The position numbers and the translations under genes were made by a program. 51,895 nt of DNA. It comes from an uncultured Verrucomicrobiota bacterium (GTDB lineage: Bacteria; Verrucomicrobiota; Verrucomicrobiia; Limisphaerales; SIBE01). The notes under the pieces were generated by a model, which had not been told where the DNA came from, did not search any database, and saw only the letters and a list, made by a program, of their open reading frames with translations. The stretch's first letter is position 1. Each line of letters starts with the position of its first letter. The stretch covers positions 1-51,895 of the forward strand of contig CAYHFE010000003.1 in the NCBI GenBank assembly GCA_964355375.1, written 5' to 3'. Shown here in pieces: positions 35,666-44,352 of the stretch.

Positions 35666-36838
35666 ATGATTAGGACTCCGCATCTGGCGCTCGGCCTCTC
35701 CACGCTTTTCACGGCGTCCGTTCTCGCGGCTCCATTGCCGGTGCGCGTCCGGCAGGGGGCGGATTATGTGGAGGCTGCGGGATTGGAGCGCGAGGCCGGG
35801 ATCGTGATCAAGCGACTGCCGGGCTCCGGCCAGTTTGTGGCCTGCGGCCAGGAGCGTTGCGCGACAGTTCAGGCGGTCCTGAACGACGGCGCGGCGCTGC
35901 TCGTGGCGGTGGCGGAACTGGTGGAAAAGCTGGATCTGACCGCGAGTTTCGATGAAAGCCGCCGCCAGGTTGCGTTGCTTCCGCTCGCCCGAGGAAGCGC
36001 CCCGTCCACCGGACTCGCGCGGGTCGGATCGATGGCGCCGAACCTTCGCTTGACCCGGCTCGACGGCAGGCCCGTCGCGCTCGATGAATTTCGCGGGCAA
36101 CGGGTGCTCATCAACAGTTGGGCCAGTTGGTGAGGATGCCGCCACGACCTGCCGGTCTGGCAGGCCTTCTACGCCCAACACCGCACCAACCATTTCACCA
36201 TTCTGTCCATCGCCGTGGACCTGCAAGGGCCGGAGGCGGTGGCGCCCTGGACCCGGCAATATGCCGTGACATTTCCGGTCGCCGTGGATGCGGCTGACGT
36301 GTTGGGCGCAGCCTTCGGCTTGAAAGCGATACCGGTTTCCTATCTCGTGGATGAAGTCGGCCTCATCCGCTTGCAGGGCGGCGGCCCTTCGAAGGAATTC
36401 CTCACGCAGGTCGAGGAGATTCTGCGCGAGCCGGTGAGCGCCGTGCGAGGCCAGGCCAGCGAAATCACCGGCAGTCTGCCCTTGCCAGAACTGCGGGATC
36501 GGGCGGCCCGCCAACCCGGCGATCCCGCCCTGCGCCTCGCGCTCGCCCAAGCGCTGGATCGCGCTGGCGAGTACGCTGGAGCCAGGACGGAGTGCGAAGC
36601 GGCCTTTCGGTTGCGTCCGAACGACGCCATGGTTTCATTCACCCACGGCCTCATCCTCCTCCACCAAAGCAACGCCCCGGGAGCGCTCGTCCAATTCAAA
36701 CGGGCGCGCGACCTGGATCCAGGCAATTGGCGCATCCGGAAACAGATTTGGGCTCTGGAGCATCCCGAGAGATTCTACGGCCCGGAAGGCATTGATTGGG
36801 GTTGGCAGAAGGAGCAGCTCGCGCGGGAAAAACAGTGA
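35666..36838 (+). CDS. Candidate selenoprotein: secreted TlpA/ResA-like thioredoxin-fold domain (UGA at the active site) fused to TPR repeats
   Basis: ORFs 35636..36133 and 36215..36838 share one frame and are separated only by TGA 36131..36133. Read-through gives RVLINSWASW-U-GCRHDLP, then TFPVAVD...GLKAIPVSYLVDEVGLIRL, then TPR-like repeats. Confidence 0.6.
36148..36164 (+). promoter_or_regulatory. SECIS-like hairpin CCUGCC-GGUCU-GGCAGG
   Basis: 6-bp stem starting 14 nt after the in-frame UGA. The apical loop contains GGUC, as in the E. coli fdhF SECIS. Confidence 0.5.
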
Positions 36839-37199
36839 CAGAAACACTCTCTTCCACGGATTGAGGGGAACATGGAATCCGGCTCCAGCCCAGCGCGAAT
36901 CCACGAACCACGAAACCACTGGCGGCGAAGTTGGCCTCTCCCGGTCGCTCTTCTCATTCTATCTCGGCAACACCAGAATCCCCGAACCGCCTGACGAAAG
37001 CACAGAAACATGCCGAAAGTCAGGACTGAACCCTTTCTGAACCTTGCCGTCCACGGCCTCGAAGGCGAAATCAAACACGGCGGCAACATCAGCAGACCTC
37101 GAACCTGGGCCGTTGCCCCAGGCTGGGATGGGTTGCGCCGTTGGCGCACAATTCACCTGAATGACTAGTTTAGGGAGGCGTCCTATTCTGCCGCTCAGA

Positions 37200-37480
37200 G
37201 CTCGCAAACTCAGGGTCGAATATCCCGGCGCGATCTATCCGATGATGAACCGGGGTGATCGGCGCGAGCCCATCTTCAAGGACGATGCCGACCGACAACG
37301 GTTTGCGGAAACCCTCGGGGAGTCGTGTGTCCGCCGTCGTTGGCAAGCGCCTGCGTATGGCCTGATGCCCAATCACCTGCCTGGGCCGAGCACGGCAGAC
37401 AGGTTTTCGCCTAGTGGTGGAGACGCCGCATCCGACACTGGTGGCCGGAATGAAATAGTCGCTGGGCACTTATTCCGATT
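37200..37480 (+). pseudogene. Decayed RAYT transposase fragment
   Basis: RKLRVEYPGAIYPMMNRGDRREPIFKDDADRQRF matches the 65..1015 protein. Frameshifted before the HUH motif; the other frame reads FRLVVETPHPTLVAGMK* with TAG replacing Trp. Truncated after about 90 codons. Confidence 0.85.
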
Positions 37481-37739
37481 GAAAGGTAGTGGGTCAGTTT
37501 CCAATTTCGATGGAACGAGCGTCCTCGCGGGCCGGCTCGTCAGCAGCCTCGCCCCACCCTATTGACCCCCGGTTGCGGTCGGATTTAGATTGGATTTTGC
37601 GCAGTCGGTAAACCGTCTGAGGGGGACGATGCAGCCGGGCCGTTCCGCGGTGATCTGGGAACCGCATTGACGGCTCGGCGATGGCTGCCAGACTCTCCGC
37701 CACCTCTGGTCCGCACCGTGGACTGGCGGATCTGATTCT

Positions 37740-38669
37740 ATGCGCTCTGTCAAAGCGGGCCTGATCGCCGCCAGCATCGGCATGGCCGTGAATTTTGTCC
37801 TGGCGATTGTGAAAATCGTCACCGGCATCGTGGGCCATTCCTACGCCCTCATCGCTGACGGCATTGAATCGACCGCCGACATTGTCAGCTCCATCGTGGT
37901 GTGGACCGGATTGAAGATTTCCTCCCTGCCCCCGGATGATGACCATCCTTACGGTCACGGCAAGGCGGAGTCCATCGCCGGCCTGGTCGTCGCGCTGGCC
38001 CTGCTCGCGGCCGCGGTTTTCATCGCGATTCAGAGCGTGCGGGAAATCATCACGCCGCATCACGCGCCAGCGTGGTTCACCTTGCTGGTCTTGGCGTTGG
38101 TGATCGCGACCAAGGAAACCCTCTATCGGTTCGTCTTCAAGGTGGGTGACGAACTGACCAGCACCGCCGTCAAGGGCGACGCCTGGCACCACCGCTCCGA
38201 CGCCCTTACCTCCGCGGCGGCCTTCATCGGCATCTCCATCGCGCTCATGGGCGGCCCAGGCTACGAGAGTGCGGACGACTGGGCGGCGTTGCTGGCGTGC
38301 GCGATCATCGTCTTCAATGGCTATCGCATTTTTCAGACGGCGCTGGGCGAGATCATGGATGCGGCCGTGCCCAATCCCATGCAAAAGGAAATCCGCGAAA
38401 TCGCCTCCGCGGTGACGGGTGTGGTCCGGGTGGAGAAATGCCGGACCCGCAAGAGTGGACTGGGGTTGATTGTGGAAATCCACGTCGAGGTGGACGGCGA
38501 TCTGACCGTCCGGAGCGGCCATGAAATCGCGCATGCTGTCAGCCGCCGTCTCAAGTCGTCCTCGCTGTCGGTCCAGGATGTCGTCGTGCATGTGGAACCG
38601 GCCCTGGCAGCGCTCGCCCACGCACCCGCCGCGACCGAGAGCACGGATGCGGGCCGGCGCCCATCCTAG
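37740..38669 (+). CDS. Cation diffusion facilitator (CDF) family metal efflux transporter
   Basis: 309 aa. SYALIADGIESTADIVSS...HPYGHGKAESI, six TM helices and a C-terminal cytoplasmic domain. Confidence 0.9.
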   Translation: MRSVKAGLIAASIGMAVNFVLAIVKIVTGIVGHSYALIADGIESTADIVSSIVVWTGLKISSLPPDDDHPYGHGKAESIAGLVVALALLAAAVFIAIQSVREIITPHHAPAWFTLLVLALVIATKETLYRFVFKVGDELTSTAVKGDAWHHRSDALTSAAAFIGISIALMGGPGYESADDWAALLACAIIVFNGYRIFQTALGEIMDAAVPNPMQKEIREIASAVTGVVRVEKCRTRKSGLGLIVEIHVEVDGDLTVRSGHEIAHAVSRRLKSSSLSVQDVVVHVEPALAALAHAPAATESTDAGRRPS

Positions 38670-38992
38670 CGGGCGGCGGTCCCACCGGCGGTGAGTTTCA
38701 GTTTGTCCTGGGGTTTTCCGGGCAATCGGCCGGCCCGATAGAGATCGAGGTAGCGGTTCAACAGGCTGGCCTGCTCTCCTTTGAGCTTGGACTTCTTGTT
38801 CATCTTTTCCATCCACAGCCCCCAGTCCGATTCCCCATAAGTCGTCGGTTCGTAAAACCGGTGGCATTTGGCGCACTTGACCACGTAGATTTTACGGGCG
38901 GCGGTGATCTCCCTCGCCGTCATTTCATTGGCCCAGGCGGCAGAATGAACCACCGCCAAGGCGATGAGCAACCACAGAAACAAAGGACGCAT
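38666..38992 (-). CDS. Small secreted CxxCH-motif protein (putative monohaem c-type cytochrome-like)
   Basis: 108 aa with a signal peptide and a single CAKCH motif. Confidence 0.5.
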   Translation of the reverse strand: MRPLFLWLLIALAVVHSAAWANEMTAREITAARKIYVVKCAKCHRFYEPTTYGESDWGLWMEKMNKKSKLKGEQASLLNRYLDLYRAGRLPGKPQDKLKLTAGGTAAR

Positions 38993-39000
38993 CGAACGAC

Positions 39001-39828
39001 CTAGAAGTTGAGTCCAATGAGCAGGCGGACATTCATTCTTTCGTGGTCGTTGAGCTCAAGTTGACTATTGCCGTCCGGGCTGCGGCTGTTGTTCCAGCCA
39101 TAAATCTGCGGCATGACCGTCAACGCGGCCCACCACTTTTCCTGGCGGAAGCTGAGCACCGGACCAAGGAACAGCGCCGAATTCTCCCAGGAACTGTATT
39201 CGGGGAGAGTGTTTTCATTGCGAAACTCGAGCCCGAGCGCCCAATGTTTCCCGAAGTCGCGCGCCAGGCCGAAGCTCGCGCCCACCTCGCCTTCGACTTT
39301 GCGGAGATTGTCTTCCCATTCCGTTTCATGCTCGATGTTGAAAGCCCATTTCCAATTCCCGTGCCGCTGGCCCATGATAATCTTCTGCTCCACCGCGGCT
39401 TCCTCGCCCGAATGGCGGCCTTCGAGGTAAAGTGTCAGGCCGATCTTGTGGGTCGCGGGATTGAGGACGTTGAACCGGTTCTCGAGGGAAAGACCTTTCC
39501 ACTCGAATTCGGAGTCGTTTGCACCAGTCCCCCCATCCCGGAAACTCTGCGTTTTCTCGTTTAGATAAACCGCGGCTGTGTACCAATCGGTCACGCCATA
39601 TTCGAGTTCCTGGCGCAGGTCCCAGCGATGGTAGTTCTCCTGGCCGACGGTTTTGTTACGTCCGGCCCGCATCGTCACCCAGTTTTCGAACTCGAACGCT
39701 CCGGCCGGGAGCGTTTCCGGTTCGTAAACATAAGTAAAGCGCCGCTCATCAGCGCGGACTGAATTCAAAAACACAACGCCTGCCAACAATTCCGGCCACA
39801 ATAATCGTTTTAGTTTCATGGGCGTCAT
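39001..39828 (-). CDS. Outer-membrane beta-barrel protein (unknown family)
   Basis: 275 aa from the Met at 39828 (alternative 39819). Signal peptide, alternating amphipathic strands, C-terminal LLIGLNF ending in Phe. Confidence 0.65.
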   Translation of the reverse strand: MTPMKLKRLLWPELLAGVVFLNSVRADERRFTYVYEPETLPAGAFEFENWVTMRAGRNKTVGQENYHRWDLRQELEYGVTDWYTAAVYLNEKTQSFRDGGTGANDSEFEWKGLSLENRFNVLNPATHKIGLTLYLEGRHSGEEAAVEQKIIMGQRHGNWKWAFNIEHETEWEDNLRKVEGEVGASFGLARDFGKHWALGLEFRNENTLPEYSSWENSALFLGPVLSFRQEKWWAALTVMPQIYGWNNSRSPDGNSQLELNDHERMNVRLLIGLNF

Positions 39829-40021
39829 CGTAGTGGATTCTCCCGCGTCCGCTGTCGGGGAATTGCCAATCATTGTCGGTGGATTGCGCACGCTGGACTT
39901 TTTCCGCCGACGGTCTTGTCTTTCGTCAACCGCCGGAGCGTCCGCACATGATGACCAGGACAACCACCGAGTCGTCTCGCCGCCGGTCTGACCATTGCCC
40001 CTCGGACCGGCCGGGGCGATG

Positions 40022-41011
40022 CTAATGCCGAGACGCCTTTTGGGTCGCCGTCTTGAGCGGATACAGACCTGGACAGCAGCCAAACGTCTCACGAAACACA
40101 GCGCTGAAGTGGCTCAGGCTATTATAGCCGACTTCCAGGGCTGCTTCCGTCACGTTGCACTTTCCGGTGCGAAGCAACTCAGCCGCACGTTCCATGCGGA
40201 CCTCCTGCAGGTATTGCGGAATGGTCCGCCCAGTCTCTTGCGAGAAGAGCCGGCTGAGGTAGAATGGACTGCATCCGACCTTTTGCCCCAATTGTTCCAA
40301 CGACGGTGGGTGTTCCAGTTCCTCCTTCAGAATTGCGCGGGCTCGCGCGATCCGCTCTCGGGCAGCCCGTTGCGCCCGCGTGCAAAAGAGCTCACCTCCG
40401 GCCGGACGGAAGAAAAGAAGCGCGGCCAATTCTAAAGCCTTGCATCGAAACCACGCTTCTTGTGCGGGTTTGAAGACCGGACAACGCCGCAAACCTTCGA
40501 TCAGTTGAAGCAACGACGAACCTAACCGCTCTGGTGCTGACACTTGAGAAACGCAAGCCGCGCGGCGCACGATGGCGCCGACGATGGGATGAAGGTCTCT
40601 CTCCTGGCCCGGAAAGTGTTGTTCAAGAAAATCCGGAGAATACTCGACGGTGATGAATCGATGAGTCTTGTTCGCCATTCGCCAGGCGATTAGAGGCGGG
40701 ACGCCGTGATAATAAAATGCGAACGTCCGGTCGGAGAGTTCGATGGATGCTTTGCCATCGTGCACCGTCGCGGGGCCGTCCAGGTTTAGGCACAGTTCCA
40801 AGCTTCCGGGATGAAAACTGCGCGCCCAATCCAAGGGCTCGGCCCGGGTGAACTCATGCCACTCCAAGCTGAATCCGAGATGATGATAGTTGCCAAAGAG
40901 GGGGCGCCAACCCGCTCCAATGGAACTCCATGCGGGAACCTCAGTGAAAGCAGCGTCAGTCCCACGACTTGGGCCAGACCGGTAAAAGGGGACTATTCGA
41001 TCAACGGGCAC
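40022..41011 (-). CDS. AraC family transcriptional regulator
   Basis: 329 aa. C-terminal double HTH (LEQLGQKVGCSPFYLSRLFSQETG...VTEAALEVGYNSLSHFSAVFRETFG). Confidence 0.9.
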   Translation of the reverse strand: MPVDRIVPFYRSGPSRGTDAAFTEVPAWSSIGAGWRPLFGNYHHLGFSLEWHEFTRAEPLDWARSFHPGSLELCLNLDGPATVHDGKASIELSDRTFAFYYHGVPPLIAWRMANKTHRFITVEYSPDFLEQHFPGQERDLHPIVGAIVRRAACVSQVSAPERLGSSLLQLIEGLRRCPVFKPAQEAWFRCKALELAALLFFRPAGGELFCTRAQRAARERIARARAILKEELEHPPSLEQLGQKVGCSPFYLSRLFSQETGRTIPQYLQEVRMERAAELLRTGKCNVTEAALEVGYNSLSHFSAVFRETFGCCPGLYPLKTATQKASRH

Positions 41012-41265
41012 AGTGTAAAAATGTTAAACATGAACGGGTCAGTCCGACACTTTGACCCAGGCAATCCACATTGCGAACCTCGTCAGGAACTCATCCAGAC
41101 TCAAGGTTTCAAAAGCTCCAGCACGGTCCAGCCATGTCCGCGAAGGATGGTTTTCACGAAGGCGAGCCGCCGTTCGGGTGTCACGCGACCGCGCCGCTTT
41201 CGCCATTGGCTTTACGGTAAAGTGTCAATCAAATCGCACTTGCACAAGGTCGGCCAATCCAGACC

Positions 41266-41388
41266 CAGCAATTCTCATTTTGACTCAGGACACGGTCCGT
41301 TCCACGCAGGTAGTCCCGGCTTCAGCCGGTTTTCACGTGGCGACCGGCTGAAGCCGGGACTACATACTTGTCAAAACGAGAACTGCTG
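41266..41388 (+). mobile_element. MITE copy C (123 bp) with a perfect 9-bp direct flank
   Basis: Same TIR and inner IR as copy A. atccagacc lies immediately on both sides. Confidence 0.88.
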
Positions 41389-41547
41389 ATCCAGACCTGA
41401 TGCTTGCCAACCAAGGGCCGCAGGTCAAGCGGCAGCAACCCCGGTTCAAGGTCCCGCCGCGCGACAGCGTTTGCCGTCGCGCGGCGGCTTCGGCAGGGCG
41501 ATGGCGGGGATGATCATCAAACCACCGTTCGCAATTCGGATCCGTCG

Positions 41548-41924
41548 CTACGCGTTCGCTTCTTCCACCATCCGAAGGCGCTGCTCCTGAATGTCCGGGC
41601 TCGATGGAACGTCGTCGCAACCACCGCAACGAGACGGGTGGCGGCCGGGCATCTGATCGCGGAAGACCAGCGCGCCGGTCGGGCAACCGGCCACCCACTC
41701 GGCGGCTACTTTTTGCAGTCCGCCGGTCCGCAGCCCGCGCACACGCGAGGGCTCGGACTGGGCCCCTTCAGGAAGAGCTCGACTTCACCCTCCTCCAGGC
41801 GACCCATGATGCTGGAAAAGGCTTTCTCCCGTCGTAAAATTTTCTCGCTCCGCAGAAACCGGTCCGGTGCGGCGGCTGCGTTTCCTCCCTCGCGCCCATC
41901 GATGGTCAAAGTGATCAGACTCAT
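41548..41924 (-). CDS. Small ferredoxin-like protein split by a -1 frame change at C AAA AAG (about 125 aa if joined)
   Basis: ORF 41706..41924 ends ...RVCAGCGPADCKK*. The -1 frame continues VAAEWVAGCPTGALVF..., completing a Cys-x2-Cys-x4-Cys...Cys-Pro cluster motif. Confidence 0.45.
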
Positions 41925-41970
41925 CGCTGTCCCGTCGCTCTCCCGCTCCGGGACAAGCAGGTCAGCTTGC

Positions 41971-44325
41971 TCATTTCACCTCGATGGCCTGGCTCGGACA
42001 AACCTGGCGGCACGTATCGCAGCGCGTGCAGAGATCGAGGTTGATCTCGTGCCTTTGATAGGGCGTCATCGGAATGGCATCCACCGGGCAGCGCTGTGCA
42101 CATATCGTGCAGCCGGTGCAATCGTCGGTCACCTGGTACTTGATCAGACCCTGGCAGCGACGCGCCGGACAGCGGCCGCGCAAATGCGCTTCGTATTCGT
42201 CACGGAAATAACGCATCGTGGTGATGACCGGATTCGGCGCCGTTTTGCCCAGACCGCAGAGGCTGCCCCGGCTGACCCAATTGGACAACCGCTCCAATTC
42301 GTCCAAGTCTTGGCGTTGGGCCTTGCCGGTGCAGAGCCGCTCGAGAATATCCAGCATGCGCCTCGTCCCCACCCGGCAATAGGTGCACTTGCCGCACGAC
42401 TGATCCTGGGTGAACTGAAGAAAATAACGCGCGATATCCACCATGCAGTCGGCGTCATCCAACACCACCAGTCCGCCCGACCCCATGATCGCACCGACCT
42501 CGCGCAGCGATTCGTAATCCACCGACGTATCAGCCAACCGCGCCGGCACACACCCGCCGGACGGTCCGCCGATCTGGACTGCTTTGAAGCGCCGTCCCTC
42601 CGCCGCGCCGCCGCCAATTTCCTCGACGATTTCCCGGATGGTCGTGCCCATGGGCACCTCGATCAGACCGCCGCGCCGAACCTTTCCCGCCAGCGCAAAG
42701 ACCTTGGTTCCTTTGCTCGATTTCGTGCCATAGGCGGCAAACGCGTCCGCCCCGTGCCGAATGATCCAAGGAACCAAAGCGAGGGTCTCGACGTTATTGA
42801 TGACGGTGGGCTTGCCCCAGAGACCGGACTGCGCCGGGAACGGCGGCCGCAAGCGCGGCATGCCGCGTCGTCCCTCGATCGAGGCGATCAAGGCTGTTTC
42901 TTCGCCGCAAACAAAAGCTCCGGCGCCTTCCTTGATCGAGAGACGCAAGGGATAAGCGCTGCCCATCAGGCGTTCACCCAACCAGCCGCGCTGCTCGCAC
43001 ATTTCGATGGCCGCCCGTACTCGTCGCACCGCCAGCGGATACTCGCGGCGAATGTAGAAGATGCCTTCATGCGCGCCCACCGCGATCGCGGCAATGGCCA
43101 TTCCCTCGATGATCCGAAAGGGAAAGGACTCGAGCAGCATCCGATCCATGAACGCGCCCGGATCCCCTTCGTCGCCGTTGCAAATGGTGTACTTGATGTC
43201 GGCGATTTGCCCGCGGGCGGTCCGCCATTTCGGTCCGGTGGGATATCCCGCGCCCCCCCTTCCGCGCAACCCGGACTGCTCGATGACTTCGATCGTCTTC
43301 TCGGGCGACAACTCATTGAGGCAGCGGCGGACGGCGGTGAATCCGTCATGGGCCAGGTATTCCTCGAGGTTGAGCGGATCGATCTGACCGAAGTGCTCGG
43401 TGGCGATGTGGACCTGTTTGTCCAGAAACGCCTTCACGCCTGTTTCCCGGGTACTCAACGAGTAGCGAGCGATCCGTTCTTCGCCATCGTCCAGGAGGAG
43501 GGCGTCCAACGCCCGGGACCAGAGACGCGACATTCGCTGCCGAAACTTGCGCGGACGGAAATGGCGCAGAATGACGTCGTTGGCTTTGGCGGGGGTCACG
43601 CCTGCGTAAAACGTGCTCGATTTGCCCGGAACCGCCACTTCAATGAGGGGCGTGCGATGGCACATGCCGACGCAGCCCACTCGCTTGATAGTGACGTTGG
43701 CCCCGGTCTGGCTGACGCTTTCCTGGAGCGCGTGAAAGAGTCGATCGCTACCCTTGGCCATGCAGCAAGATCCGAGGCCAATATGGATCTGCGCCCCCGG
43801 AACGCCGCTGGGATGATGGTCCTCGGTCGATTTTCCCTTGGCCAGATCGGAATCGTAGCGGGCCAGAAAATCGCGGACAATGTCCGGAAATTTCTCCGCC
43901 GTGACATGGCCAAAAGTGCTGTCCTCGATCTTCACGACCGGGGCCAGCGTGCAGCAGCCCAGGCAGGCGACGGGTTCGATGGTGAACTGTCGATCCGGAT
44001 CGGTGTCATCGCCGGCCGGAATACGCAGGCGGCGGCGGACGGCGTCTTCGACCCGTTCCGCGCCGGTCACATGGCAGGCGGTGCCGCGGCAGACACGCAC
44101 AATGATCTTGCCCACCGGTCGATGACGGAACATGTCGTAGAACGTCGAAACCCCGGTGATGCTGGCCGGCGTGATCTGCGTCAGGCTGCAGACCCGGCGC
44201 AGCGCCTCCTCCGGCAGGTAGCCGTAATGCTCCTGCATGGCCTGCAGAATGGGGATGACGGCGTCGGGCGTCCGGCCGGCTTCCGCCACGGTCTGATCCA
44301 CAAAACTGAGGTCAATCTCTGGCAT
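41971..44325 (-). CDS. Fused NuoE-like / thioredoxin-like [2Fe-2S] / NuoF-like (FMN, NAD(P)H) / 2x[4Fe-4S] flavoprotein (HydB/HndC/HoxF-type diaphorase)
   Basis: 784 aa. NuoE-like CRGTACHV...CLGCC, second [2Fe-2S] module GSCCMAKG...CVGMCH, NuoF motifs GLRGRGGAGYPTGPKW and CGKCTYCRVG, C-terminal CTGCTICAQRCP and CTRCDTCRQVCP. Confidence 0.9.
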   Translation of the reverse strand: MPEIDLSFVDQTVAEAGRTPDAVIPILQAMQEHYGYLPEEALRRVCSLTQITPASITGVSTFYDMFRHRPVGKIIVRVCRGTACHVTGAERVEDAVRRRLRIPAGDDTDPDRQFTIEPVACLGCCTLAPVVKIEDSTFGHVTAEKFPDIVRDFLARYDSDLAKGKSTEDHHPSGVPGAQIHIGLGSCCMAKGSDRLFHALQESVSQTGANVTIKRVGCVGMCHRTPLIEVAVPGKSSTFYAGVTPAKANDVILRHFRPRKFRQRMSRLWSRALDALLLDDGEERIARYSLSTRETGVKAFLDKQVHIATEHFGQIDPLNLEEYLAHDGFTAVRRCLNELSPEKTIEVIEQSGLRGRGGAGYPTGPKWRTARGQIADIKYTICNGDEGDPGAFMDRMLLESFPFRIIEGMAIAAIAVGAHEGIFYIRREYPLAVRRVRAAIEMCEQRGWLGERLMGSAYPLRLSIKEGAGAFVCGEETALIASIEGRRGMPRLRPPFPAQSGLWGKPTVINNVETLALVPWIIRHGADAFAAYGTKSSKGTKVFALAGKVRRGGLIEVPMGTTIREIVEEIGGGAAEGRRFKAVQIGGPSGGCVPARLADTSVDYESLREVGAIMGSGGLVVLDDADCMVDIARYFLQFTQDQSCGKCTYCRVGTRRMLDILERLCTGKAQRQDLDELERLSNWVSRGSLCGLGKTAPNPVITTMRYFRDEYEAHLRGRCPARRCQGLIKYQVTDDCTGCTICAQRCPVDAIPMTPYQRHEINLDLCTRCDTCRQVCPSQAIEVK

Positions 44326-44352
44326 ACGATGAACCCAAGGGCGCGCTGGTTG

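Noticed and set aside
33328-35712. 794-aa ORF on the minus strand
   Set aside because: It is antisense to the signal-peptide-bearing glycosidase-like gene 33397..35583. It has no recognisable domains and shadow-ORF composition.
37494-38876. 460-aa minus-strand ORF
   Set aside because: It is antisense to the clear CDF transporter gene.
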